From positions 48,420-112,419 of the forward strand of contig JBGTIP010000017.1 of the NCBI GenBank assembly GCA_041745615.1: 64,000 nucleotides of DNA. Reading direction: 5' to 3'. Under the pieces are notes generated by a model, which was given only the letters and a program-made list of their open reading frames with translations, was not told the origin of the DNA and did not search any database. Origin of the DNA: Pyrinomonadaceae bacterium. Lineage in GTDB: Bacteria > Acidobacteriota > Blastocatellia > Pyrinomonadales > Pyrinomonadaceae. The position numbers were made by a program, and so were the translations under genes. This document shows, in pieces, positions 15,610-25,001 of this stretch (positions are counted from its first letter, which is position 1; each line of letters starts with the position of its first letter).

Positions 15610-16308
15610 TTAACGCCTCTCCTCGAGAAATTCGACGGAGATGCGTTTTTTTTCAGAGAAGAAGTAGGAAAAGTAGCCATACATGGACCAGATGGCGGTG
15701 ATCACGGCAATCCATAGGGCACCGCGGCCGACTAAATATCCGAAAACCTTCCAGTCATTCGAAGTCAGCGAAAATTGCGAAAGATTAGTGAAGGCTGTCT
15801 GCACCTCAGGAACTACCCAAAACGCGGCAGGATAGTCCAATCCGAAGTTTGAAACCGGCGGAAGTCCATTGGCGGCGGCAATGAGCAATGAAACGACCGC
15901 GACACATTGGGCCAACATCTTAAGCTTCCCGAGGCTCTGAGCCTGCATGATCACCCCTTCCGTGGCGGCAACGGAACGCAATCCGGTGATGATAAATTCT
16001 CGTCCGATGATCACAACGACGGCCCATGAGGGGGCCAAATTTTTCTCGACCAAGACTATCAGTGCTGCGGATATGAGCAATTTGTCGGCAATTGGGTCGA
16101 GGAACTTTCCGAGAGTAGATACCTGATTTCTGCTGCGTGCCAAACGACCGTCAACGATATCCGATAGGGCGGCGATCAGAAAAATAATGATCGCCAGAAC
16201 ATACCCGCTCATTCCAAACCAACGCTCGGCCACGGGCGTCAACAAAACGACAACGAGCAACGGCACTATCACGATGCGCCCGATAGTAATGTAATTCGGC
16301 AAGTTCAC
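15610..16308 (-). CDS. pgsA: CDP-alcohol phosphatidyltransferase (phosphatidylglycerophosphate synthase-like)
   Basis: 232 aa. Family motif DIVDGRLARSRNQVSTLGKFLDPIADKL (D-x2-DG-x2-AR...G-x3-D-x3-D). Multiple TM helices. Has a C-terminal extension relative to typical PgsA. Confidence 0.8.
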   Translation of the reverse strand: MNLPNYITIGRIVIVPLLVVVLLTPVAERWFGMSGYVLAIIIFLIAALSDIVDGRLARSRNQVSTLGKFLDPIADKLLISAALIVLVEKNLAPSWAVVVIIGREFIITGLRSVAATEGVIMQAQSLGKLKMLAQCVAVVSLLIAAANGLPPVSNFGLDYPAAFWVVPEVQTAFTNLSQFSLTSNDWKVFGYLVGRGALWIAVITAIWSMYGYFSYFFSEKKRISVEFLEERR

Positions 16309-16424
16309 TGCTTACCGAACAGTGTATGTTCAACCCGGTCAAAGTTCAAGATTCTGCCAAGACACGTTAGGATGACGATCACGAGACGAAAAAAAACGAG
16401 ATTGTCTAAAAAGGCAGAATACAG

Positions 16425-16516
16425 CCTCAGCGAACTCTGCGAATCCCTCAGCGATCTCTGTGTTAAATGTCTGTAAACACAGAGAACACGGAGGTTACGC
16501 GGGGGTCGCAGAGAAG
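16425..16516. repeat. REP-like imperfect palindromic element with CTCTGCG/CTCTGTG core
   Basis: Core stem TCTCTGTGTT (16455-16464) / AACACAGAGA (16476-16485). Outer arms are partly complementary (AACTCTGCGAATCCC vs GGGGTCGCAGAGAAG). The decamer AACTCTGCGA recurs at 45362-45371. Confidence 0.6.
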
Positions 16517-16598
16517 GTTCTACTGCCGATTGCTGATGCCTCGTATTGGTTTCGACTTATTAGACGTCTTCAGATCTCGCCCCGATTTGGCGGGCAGG

Positions 16599-18095
16599 TC
16601 AAGACAGAAAACCAAGCTGCGAATAAGTGCCGGGAAACGTCGCCAGATTGGGAAAGACGGCCAATTCGTCCTCCGGAGGCAAGCCAAACCAACGGGCAAG
16701 CGTGACGGCATACTGATCGACGGAGGTTGTCGGTATCCATCGGCCTCGCGGTGAGGAATTAGAGTCGGTGTCATCCAGTCCCCCGAGGGTGAGCGATGGG
16801 AAATAAGTGCCAGTACCGTCAGGCCTCAGGCTGCCGTAAAAATCGCCGCCGTTTACCGCGCCGCCCATCACGAACATATGATTGCCCCAGCCGTGATCTG
16901 AACCCACGCCTGCGCCGGATCCAGCGGGATTCATCGTCCGGCCGAAATCTGACAGTGTGAAAGTGGTTACATCGTTGGTTGTTCCCTGCGCGATCATCTC
17001 GTCATAAAACGACCGCATCGCCTGGCTGAACTGGCTGAATATGTTTATATGCTGAGCGACCTGATTGCTGTGGGTATCAAAACCGCCGATCTGGACGTAA
17101 AAAACCTGACGCGTAACGGCAAGATCAGTCCTGTTTTTGATCAACCGTGCTACCTGGCGCAGCTGACGTCCGATGCTTGTATTAGGGAATGCCACGGTAG
17201 TATCGTCCGACGTCTGCAGGGCGCTGTTAGCCTGCATAGCCAGGTCGGTGACATGGCTGGCGGCAGCCACATAATTTGAAGAAAGATCCTGCGCCCGAAG
17301 TGCATTAAATGCGTTGAGCCGGGCGAGCGTCGATCCGGTCGGGGTCAGACCAAATCCGGCTGGGTTAAGCACACTTGCCAATGAGGTTGCCGAATCAGCG
17401 ATGGCGAGCGGAAGAGTGTTCTGCCCTGCGGTGAATAGCTGGGCACCCGCGATCGAAGTGATCATCGGTATCAGGCCCGTTGGATTCTGCGCCGCGGTCA
17501 TTCGATCGGAGATCCTGCCGCCCCATCCGGTAAAGGACTCGGTGTTAGAAATACTTGTTTGGTTTTGCGTGACCTGGTCTGAATGTGAAAAGAGTTGAGA
17601 GGGTTTCTTGAACGCCGAACTTTGAAACTGAGCTTTGGTCAGCGGCCTGACCAAGGTTCCCACATTGGCCACGACGGCGAGTTTACCCTGGCCGTAAAGC
17701 TCGTGAATGCCATTATTTATCGCTCCCGTTGCTCCGGGGCCGAGGCTCGGGTGGAGTCCGTAGGTCAGCCCTCCGAGCCGCGGTACTGAGATCGGCAGAA
17801 GTGTATTTTGTGCGATCGATAGCCCCTGGGTGGTGCGCGAAGAGTTGTAAACCGAGTAGTTGCTGACTGTGGCGTCGTTATGGTTCGGGATGACCATGTT
17901 GTTGCCATCGTTGCCGCCGGCCCAGAATAATAGGACCAGCGCCTTATACCCACCCGCAGCCGTTAGGGGGTTGTCGACAACCTTCTGAGCCATCGCGCTC
18001 ATGGTGCCAAAATGATGCATTTGCGTTGCAAGGGATACCATGCCAAGTGCACAGCCGCCGGTCTTTTTCAAAAAATCACGTCTGGTTTCATTCAT
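16599..18095 (-). CDS. DUF1501 domain protein (sulfatase-like fold) with Tat-type signal
   Basis: 498 aa. N-terminal RRDFLKKTGGCALG twin-arginine motif. Conserved DUF1501-like segments (GGFDTHSNQ, GSDHGWGNHMFVMGG). Confidence 0.85.
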   Translation of the reverse strand: MNETRRDFLKKTGGCALGMVSLATQMHHFGTMSAMAQKVVDNPLTAAGGYKALVLLFWAGGNDGNNMVIPNHNDATVSNYSVYNSSRTTQGLSIAQNTLLPISVPRLGGLTYGLHPSLGPGATGAINNGIHELYGQGKLAVVANVGTLVRPLTKAQFQSSAFKKPSQLFSHSDQVTQNQTSISNTESFTGWGGRISDRMTAAQNPTGLIPMITSIAGAQLFTAGQNTLPLAIADSATSLASVLNPAGFGLTPTGSTLARLNAFNALRAQDLSSNYVAAASHVTDLAMQANSALQTSDDTTVAFPNTSIGRQLRQVARLIKNRTDLAVTRQVFYVQIGGFDTHSNQVAQHINIFSQFSQAMRSFYDEMIAQGTTNDVTTFTLSDFGRTMNPAGSGAGVGSDHGWGNHMFVMGGAVNGGDFYGSLRPDGTGTYFPSLTLGGLDDTDSNSSPRGRWIPTTSVDQYAVTLARWFGLPPEDELAVFPNLATFPGTYSQLGFLS

Positions 18096-18100
18096 ATCCT

Positions 18101-20338
18101 TTACCTCTGCACCTGATATTGCGATGACGTTGCGATCAAATAAATGGCTTGCCTAACCCGGCCGAGCGTGTCGGCACTCGAAATGCTGGTCACGGCCGGA
18201 AGCAGAGTCGACTTCATCGTCGGTGACATTGTGCTATGGAGCATTCGCCGGTCCAGTTCGTCGACGAGTTGGTTTGCGGTCGGGTCCGACGCCGAGATTG
18301 CCTGTAGATCGCTCAGGTTAAGCGACGTGCCGCTCGGCGAATTGACAGCCACGGCAACAGGTATAGCCGTGAAAATGAACCGGTTAACAAAATTCGTCCG
18401 CTGGATCGCGGTGCCGGTCGTCATGATGGCGAATTCGGGCCCGAGCATCGCCGTTCCGGGAATTACATAAGACGGCGGATAAAAATTGAACACGGTGGGT
18501 GAAAGGAAAGGCACCTGGCCCATACCGGTAAATTCGCCCCGACCGGTAATATAACCGTCGCTTTCGGACGAGCCGTTAGCCGACCTGACGTTGAAATGGC
18601 GGAGTATATTTGTCGCGAACAGGACCGGTTCGCGCAGTTTTCCGTAGTTTGGATCGGTTTTCCGATCACCTCTGGCTTCTGGATCGAGAAGTATCGCCCT
18701 TACAACTGCCTTCATATCTCCACGTTCGCCAAGGCCATTGTCATTAAAGGCCGTAGCAACACGCTGCACATAAGCCGGCGTCGGGTCGCTTGTGACGAGA
18801 TGCTGAATCAGGATCTTGCTGACAAAAGGCCCGACATTCGGATGAAGAAAGATATTATCCAGAGCCTGGTCCATCGAGTTGTTCGCATAGTTAGCGATGG
18901 CCGTACCTGTGCATCCGGTGCACGCAGCGATGTTCTGATTGGTGACACCGGGATAACTTAGCAGCGTTTTCGCCGTGATGTCGTGATTGTTGTTATTAAC
19001 GATGATCAGCGGGTCAATAAAATTTTGGGACCCTATAGCCCTGTTCGGACAAAGAGCCGTGACTTCGCAGAACGTCCATCCGGTCAGCACCTTCGTCAGG
19101 TCGTTGACCGCGTTCTGGTCATATGTTGGGATCGGGCTGCCGTTCTCGTCCAATTGGTACGTGCCGTCCTGATTCAGCATGAAGAGGCCGATCGTGAATA
19201 ACTGTTTTAATTCTCGGGCATAGTTTTCGTTGGGATTATTTCTCGTGCTGCGGGCCATGTCGAGATAGCTGCCCATCGTTGCGTTGAGCGTCATCTGCTT
19301 CATTAGCGTTCGGTAGTTGCCGAACGCGTGATTCGCGAGCACCTTGTAGTATTCGACCATATGCCGGCCCTGCTGAACGTCGGTGCCCGACGTTACCCAC
19401 ACTTGGGCGAGCGCCCATGCTACGCGGTGGCGAAGCTGTGCGTCGCCATATAGTGCTTCTTTCATGAACCACAACTGAGGCTGATACATCGAATAGGTAT
19501 CGCGGGCACATGTAATCGGAACGTCAGGTATCGTCTGGTTATTGTCGCAATCCGAAGGAGGCGTGCCTGGTTTCAATGGGTGGTTCGGATAGGGGTTCGA
19601 AAGTGACGGGTACTGGGCATCAAACTGTTCCGACAGCCACCGTCTAACCCCGATCCGCCGCAATCTGGAATCCAGAGTCGCAGTCGGCCCGAACGTAGCC
19701 TGCTCCATCAACCGAAGCCGATCCCCGGACCATCGGTAGCCCATGCTGCTCTGTGCAAGACTATCGAGCTCGCCAGATTTGGGCTTATCGGGCGATGGAG
19801 CCGTTCCCGCTTCCGGCTTGACACCCACACCCGTCCGGCCGATGCCGAGGATGACGCGATTGCTGATCATGCCCCGCCAGGTAACACCTATGAATACGTC
19901 CCCGCTGTCTATTGGAGGTGTAAAGAAGCCCGCTTCGTCCTTCAGGAGAACCGTGAGGGCATATACCGTTTCAGGCCCGGATGATTTTCCCAGAGGCCGC
20001 AGATCGGTGACCGGAAAACGGAACTTTTTCCCGGCGGCATCTTCCACATAGACCCTGAATGCATTCGCCCCCTCACCGTCCATCAATGAGATATTGGTAA
20101 GAAAAACGACGACAGAGCTGTTATAGGCGAAGGGCCTGGCCGGTGTTCGGGTCGGAAGCTCGGCTCGTCCAATGCTCCCGGAAGACGTCGCCAGTGCTCG
20201 TGCGGAACGGGCGTCTCTGAGCAAGATCGGAGCCGGCGAATTCGGATCCCCATCGTCCTGTGCCGATACAGTCAGGGCTCCCACCGACACTATTGCGACC
20301 AATGCCCATAAAGCCGATGCCGACTTAATTCTTTCCAT
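18101..20338 (-). CDS. DUF1800 domain protein (usual partner of DUF1501)
   Basis: 745 aa. Signal peptide. DUF1800-like body (LMEQATFGPT, WFMKEALYGDAQLRHRVAWALAQ, NENYARELKQLFTIG). Lies immediately upstream of the DUF1501 gene on the same strand. Confidence 0.8.
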   Translation of the reverse strand: MERIKSASALWALVAIVSVGALTVSAQDDGDPNSPAPILLRDARSARALATSSGSIGRAELPTRTPARPFAYNSSVVVFLTNISLMDGEGANAFRVYVEDAAGKKFRFPVTDLRPLGKSSGPETVYALTVLLKDEAGFFTPPIDSGDVFIGVTWRGMISNRVILGIGRTGVGVKPEAGTAPSPDKPKSGELDSLAQSSMGYRWSGDRLRLMEQATFGPTATLDSRLRRIGVRRWLSEQFDAQYPSLSNPYPNHPLKPGTPPSDCDNNQTIPDVPITCARDTYSMYQPQLWFMKEALYGDAQLRHRVAWALAQVWVTSGTDVQQGRHMVEYYKVLANHAFGNYRTLMKQMTLNATMGSYLDMARSTRNNPNENYARELKQLFTIGLFMLNQDGTYQLDENGSPIPTYDQNAVNDLTKVLTGWTFCEVTALCPNRAIGSQNFIDPLIIVNNNNHDITAKTLLSYPGVTNQNIAACTGCTGTAIANYANNSMDQALDNIFLHPNVGPFVSKILIQHLVTSDPTPAYVQRVATAFNDNGLGERGDMKAVVRAILLDPEARGDRKTDPNYGKLREPVLFATNILRHFNVRSANGSSESDGYITGRGEFTGMGQVPFLSPTVFNFYPPSYVIPGTAMLGPEFAIMTTGTAIQRTNFVNRFIFTAIPVAVAVNSPSGTSLNLSDLQAISASDPTANQLVDELDRRMLHSTMSPTMKSTLLPAVTSISSADTLGRVRQAIYLIATSSQYQVQR

Positions 20339-20574
20339 AACTACACTCCAACAAGGTGAAAACTATTCTGTGAAGTACGAAAACCGGGTAGGAAGGCGAG
20401 GCCGGTTTTAAGAATGTTGTACATCCCAAAATTACAGTAATCCGAAAATAAAAACAAGCTTTTTTTTCCGAAGTTTGCCAAGGTTAATCCCGCTATACTA
20501 TTGATGTTAGACGTAGGATAATCTCCTACGGTCGGAAAATGTGATCGGATTCGCCGATTGTTCGTTTCACGCCT

Positions 20575-21447
20575 ATGGAAAACGCAATGTTCATCGATAT
20601 CCCCGAGAATTTCAGTTTCAGGGCAACGGTGTATAGTCACGGGTGGTGCGAACTGACGCCATTCGAACTGAACGAGGAGGACTGGCGGCTGAGTTATGTC
20701 TTCAACAGGGACGGCGGGCCGGTGCCGGCCGTGATCAGCGAGGAACCGGGGCGGCTGCGGATCGATCTCGAGAGTGTGGTGGATCCGGCAAAGACCATCG
20801 AACAGGTGCGGCATATTCTCAGACTCGACGACGATCTGTCGGAATTTTACGCGATGATCGACGGCACGGAGCGGCTACTTTGGGTGAGAGAGCGGCGGGC
20901 CGGGCGTTTGCTGCGGTCGCCGACGGTCTATGAGGACCTCGTAAAGACGATCTGCACAACCAACTGCTCATGGTCGCTTACGAAGAGCATGGTCTCCAAT
21001 CTTGTGGAGAAGCTTGGTGAATCGGCCGCGAACGGCAAACGCGCCTTTCCGACCGGGGAGGCAATGGCTGCGGTTGACGCGGATTTCTTCCGAAACGAAG
21101 TCCGAGCCGGATATCGATCACCGTATTTCGTGGAGCTTGCCGAGTCAGTCGCCTCGGGCGGGCTCGATCCGGAGAAATGGCTCACATCGGACCTTTCGAC
21201 GCCAGAACTGAAGAAAGAAATGAAGAAGGTAAAAGGGGTCGGGGACTATGCCGCCGAGAACCTATTAAAGCTCGTCGGCCGATATGATGGTCTTGCCCTT
21301 GATTCATGGCTTCGGTCGCAGTTTTACAAGAACCACAATGACGAAAAAGCTTGTCCCGACAAAAAGATCGAGCGTTTTTATTCTAAATACGGCCAATGGC
21401 GGGGCCTTGCGATCTGGTGCGATATGACGGAAAAGTGGATAACATGA
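20575..21447 (+). CDS. HhH-GPD superfamily DNA glycosylase (AlkA/OGG-like)
   Basis: 290 aa. Helix-hairpin-helix plus Gly/Asp loop (LKKEMKKVKGVGDYAAENLLKLVGRYDGLALDSWLR). Confidence 0.65.
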   Translation: MENAMFIDIPENFSFRATVYSHGWCELTPFELNEEDWRLSYVFNRDGGPVPAVISEEPGRLRIDLESVVDPAKTIEQVRHILRLDDDLSEFYAMIDGTERLLWVRERRAGRLLRSPTVYEDLVKTICTTNCSWSLTKSMVSNLVEKLGESAANGKRAFPTGEAMAAVDADFFRNEVRAGYRSPYFVELAESVASGGLDPEKWLTSDLSTPELKKEMKKVKGVGDYAAENLLKLVGRYDGLALDSWLRSQFYKNHNDEKACPDKKIERFYSKYGQWRGLAIWCDMTEKWIT

Positions 21448-21634
21448 TGGGCCGGCGGGGTATTTGTGCCTGCGAGCGAAGCGATCTGCTCCTTGAGTTC
21501 AAGTTTGGTGTAAGGTGAGATGCTAACATGCCGGACATTTCATTTTTTGATCGAGGACCAAACAGGTCGAGGATGCAATCGCCGGGTCCAATCCGTAGAA
21601 AACTTGAATCACAGGAAACCCAACAAGCAACATC

Positions 21635-21673
21635 CGCGAAAAGTAGGTTAAAATAAGTTACCTATTTTTCGCG
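21635..21673 (+). promoter_or_regulatory. 14-bp inverted repeat ending 15 nt before the aminotransferase start codon (operator or leader hairpin candidate)
   Basis: CGCGAAAAGTAGGT (21635-21648), 11-nt spacer, ACCTATTTTTCGCG (21660-21673). One mismatch in 14. Confidence 0.35.
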
Positions 21674-21688
21674 GCATTTTGTATTTAC

Positions 21689-23014
21689 ATGGCAAATCTT
21701 ATGACTGAAGCAGGACAAAGCTCGTCGCTCAAGAGCGCGATCGAGAAGCACAAAGAGTATCTTTTTCCGGCCGTGGCGACATATTACCAGGAGCCCCTGG
21801 CAATCGTTAAAGGCGAGGGTGAGCACGTTTGGGATGATCAGGGGAACAGATATCTTGATTGCTTCGGCGGGGTATTGACGGTAAGCGTCGGCCATGCGGA
21901 GCCGCGGGTGAACAAGGCCTGGATCGACCAGGTGAACACTATTGCTCATACATCAACGCTGTACGCTAACGGGCCGCAAGGGGATCTGGCCGAGAAGCTG
22001 GCTGAGATCTCGCCGGGGCGGCTGAAGAAGTCGTTTTTTACCAATAGCGGTACCGAGGCCGATGATACGGCGATACTTGCCGCAAAGCTGGCGACCGGGA
22101 ATAACGAGGTGGTGGTGCTTAGACACAGCTATGCAGGGCGTTCGGCCACGGCCCTGTCGACGATCGGCCATTCGACCTGGAAGCCGGTAGCATCTCAGGT
22201 CGCGGGGTTCGTCCACGCACACGCGCCGTATTGTTACCGCTGTCCCTTCAACGCGACGCCTGATAACTGCGGCCTTGCATGTGCGAATGACGTAGAGGAG
22301 CTGATCCAGACAACGACAACGGGTGAGATCGCGGCATTTATGTCGGAAACGATCCTCGGCGTGGGCGGATTTATCGTGCCGCCCAAAGATTATTTCAAAC
22401 GGGTCCACGAGATCACTAAAAATCATGGCGGATTGTTCATTTCCGACGAAGTGCAGACCGCCTGGGGACGAACGGGAGATAAGTGGTTCGGCATCGAGCA
22501 TTATGGCGTCGAGCCGGACATTATTACGTCGGCGAAAGGAATGGGCAACGGCGTGCCGATAGGGTGGACCATAGCGACACCCGAAGTAGCGGATGCTTTT
22601 CCAGGGCTGACGTTCTCGACGTTTGGAGGAAATCCGGTCTCGATGGCCGTTGGGCTCGCGGTGATAAAGGTCATAGAGGAAGACGATCTACGGACCAATT
22701 GCCGCATCGTGGGCGATTATTTCCATGACCGGCTGCTGGAACTTCAGCAGAAATACCCGATAATCGGCGAGGTCCGCGGTATGGGCATCATGCAGGCCAT
22801 CGAGCTGGTCAAAGATCCTAAGACCAAGGAACCCCACCCGCAGGCCGTATTGAAGATATTCGAGGAAACAAAACGCCGGGGTGTACTGATCGGCAAAGGC
22901 GGGCTCTATGGCAACGTCATCCGAACGGGGCTTATGTTGAATTCGTCAAACGATACCGTCGATGAGCTGATCACAGCCCTGGATGCAGGCCTGGCTCTCT
23001 GTCCGATAGATTAA
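21689..23014 (+). CDS. Class III PLP-dependent aminotransferase (candidate beta-alanine/beta-aminoisobutyrate aminotransferase)
   Basis: 441 aa. FISDEVQTAWGRTG and ITSAKGMGNGVPIG (PLP lysine region) are typical of class III. The substrate is inferred only from pyrimidine-catabolic genes elsewhere in the window. Confidence 0.85.
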   Translation: MANLMTEAGQSSSLKSAIEKHKEYLFPAVATYYQEPLAIVKGEGEHVWDDQGNRYLDCFGGVLTVSVGHAEPRVNKAWIDQVNTIAHTSTLYANGPQGDLAEKLAEISPGRLKKSFFTNSGTEADDTAILAAKLATGNNEVVVLRHSYAGRSATALSTIGHSTWKPVASQVAGFVHAHAPYCYRCPFNATPDNCGLACANDVEELIQTTTTGEIAAFMSETILGVGGFIVPPKDYFKRVHEITKNHGGLFISDEVQTAWGRTGDKWFGIEHYGVEPDIITSAKGMGNGVPIGWTIATPEVADAFPGLTFSTFGGNPVSMAVGLAVIKVIEEDDLRTNCRIVGDYFHDRLLELQQKYPIIGEVRGMGIMQAIELVKDPKTKEPHPQAVLKIFEETKRRGVLIGKGGLYGNVIRTGLMLNSSNDTVDELITALDAGLALCPID

Positions 23015-23060
23015 AACCGCGGTGCGGCCCCCTTTGATAAGTTGAACTAGACACACTCGC

Positions 23061-24335
23061 TTGAGCATATCTATGGAATCATCCGATCAACATGCAAAGC
23101 CTGCCGGCTGGCGATCGCCGTTCTGGTGGTTTCGCTGGGTGCCGACGGTGGTGTTGTCGGTATTGATCCTTTATTTCCTCTTTACGATCGGGTCCGTTGT
23201 CATCTTGCCTGTCCTGGCCTCGGTCGCGCTTGCCTACTTGCTTAATCCGCTGGTTGTTCGGCTGCAGTCGATCGGGCTTTCGCGGGCGATCGCATCTTTC
23301 CTGTCGATTCTGATCCTCACGTTGGCCATCACGGCATTTGCCTCTTATGTCGTGCCTGAGATCTGGGCCCAGACATCCCGCGCGGTACAACGTACTATCG
23401 AGGGCTTTACACCCGAGAATGCCGCCGTGCAGCGGCGTTGGCTAAGAAGATTTTCGCCCGCTCTCGAACGCGTCGCCGGCGACCAGATCGAGCAGTTCCT
23501 TTCAGACCCGGTTACGTTTTATAACGAGAACGTGGCCGCTCCGAAGCCGGCGACGATCGATTCTGAAGGAAAGATCACACCGGGACGGACAGGATCGGCA
23601 GCAGTTTTTGGCGCGATAGTAGCCTCGCTCGACCTACTGCTGGTTCCGTTTTTTGTTTTCTATATCTTGCTGGATTTTCCCAGATGGCGGGATTCGCTGG
23701 AAGAACTGATACCCCCCAGATATCGAGACCCCTTCAGCCGTCTGTTTGACGAATCAGGACGGATCCTCGAATCATACGTTCGCGGCCAACTGCTGATCGC
23801 ACTGACGATGGCGGCCCTATACGCGCTCGGTTTCTGGTTTATGGGGGTTCCCGCCTGGGCCGCTGTGGCCCTGATCGCCGGTCTCCTGAATGTCATCCCA
23901 TACGTCGGCAGTGCGATCGGGATCTTACTGGCGTGTATGCTAACGATCGCGACGGGTGGAGGGTTATGGGAGATAGGCGGCGTCCTCGGCGTTTTCGTCG
24001 TGGTCCAGACGATCGAGGGATATATTTTGACACCGAAAATTCTTGGCGGGCGTCTGAATCTGCATCCGATGGCCGTTTTCATCGGTCTGCTCGCGGGGGG
24101 AAAACTATTCGGGCTCTTGGGTATAATTCTGACTATTCCGGCCATCGCGATCGGCAAGGTCTTTCTCAAATTCGCGAGAGAGCTGTATCAGAAGTCTGAT
24201 TTCTATCATCGCGGGGACCCTCAGGCCATCGCATTGAATAACAAAACCCCGGAAGAAAAGGCCGTAGAGGCAACTGACAAGGTACTACAAGATCAGCGAG
24301 CTGAAGATAACAAAAGCAGTGATGCTCCGGTCTAA
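23061..24335 (+). CDS. AI-2E family transporter (PerM/UPF0118)
   Basis: 424 aa, multi-TM. Conserved C-terminal core (VVVQTIEGYILTPKILGGRLNLHPMAVFIGLLAGGKLFGLLGIILTIP). Confidence 0.8.
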   Translation: MSISMESSDQHAKPAGWRSPFWWFRWVPTVVLSVLILYFLFTIGSVVILPVLASVALAYLLNPLVVRLQSIGLSRAIASFLSILILTLAITAFASYVVPEIWAQTSRAVQRTIEGFTPENAAVQRRWLRRFSPALERVAGDQIEQFLSDPVTFYNENVAAPKPATIDSEGKITPGRTGSAAVFGAIVASLDLLLVPFFVFYILLDFPRWRDSLEELIPPRYRDPFSRLFDESGRILESYVRGQLLIALTMAALYALGFWFMGVPAWAAVALIAGLLNVIPYVGSAIGILLACMLTIATGGGLWEIGGVLGVFVVVQTIEGYILTPKILGGRLNLHPMAVFIGLLAGGKLFGLLGIILTIPAIAIGKVFLKFARELYQKSDFYHRGDPQAIALNNKTPEEKAVEATDKVLQDQRAEDNKSSDAPV

Positions 24336-24352
24336 CAGAGAATAAGCAGGTC

Positions 24353-24943
24353 ATGGATCTGATCAAAGGAAAGAAAGACAGTTCTAACGACAGTGCCGAT
24401 GACAGTGGCAGGGCCCGATTATTCCCCGGGAGTAACCACGCCATTTACGGCGGCATCGTAGCCGCGGCCATTGCGCTCGGGGCGCAGTGGCTTCTCGGAT
24501 CAGTTTACGGCCGTTACGAGGCTCTGCAGATGCTCGAGTCGATGAGTTCCCCGGCACTGTTTTTTGGCAGCGCGTGTGTGACCGCTGCGGCAACGATACT
24601 CGCCCTGATGCTGACAATATTGAGCTTGATGACGCAGGCCGATTCAGAATTTGACCGGGAGTTTTATTCCAAGATCCGGAGGATCGGCCAGTTGGCTACC
24701 GTTGCTCTGGTAGGGGGCATAGTTTTACTCCTGTTTCTCAGCATTCCGTTCCAAGAGGCCAAGGATACCCCATCCTGGTGGTTTGTCGTCCTCTATTATG
24801 TCCTGATGATCTTCCTAGCAACGCTTGCGGGACTGCTGATGTCGATCGTTCTGATGCTGCAAAACGCGATCAGCGGCCTCATCGGGGTGATAAAGCCATC
24901 GGATGAGTCCGACGATGAGGAAAATTCTTCGAACCTTACCTGA
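24353..24943 (+). CDS. Integral membrane hypothetical protein
   Basis: 196 aa with four predicted hydrophobic helices and an acidic C-terminus. 18 nt downstream of the AI-2E transporter gene on the same strand. Confidence 0.5.
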   Translation: MDLIKGKKDSSNDSADDSGRARLFPGSNHAIYGGIVAAAIALGAQWLLGSVYGRYEALQMLESMSSPALFFGSACVTAAATILALMLTILSLMTQADSEFDREFYSKIRRIGQLATVALVGGIVLLLFLSIPFQEAKDTPSWWFVVLYYVLMIFLATLAGLLMSIVLMLQNAISGLIGVIKPSDESDDEENSSNLT

Positions 24944-25001
24944 AAAGGTACGTAAAACTGATATACCTATCAGGGATAGTTAATTTCGCTCTAAGGACGT
25001 T

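Noticed and set aside
16599-20338. DUF1800/DUF1501 pair as a novel system
   Set aside because: This pair of unknown function is widely conserved in Planctomycetes, Acidobacteria and relatives. It is ordinary in arrangement here.
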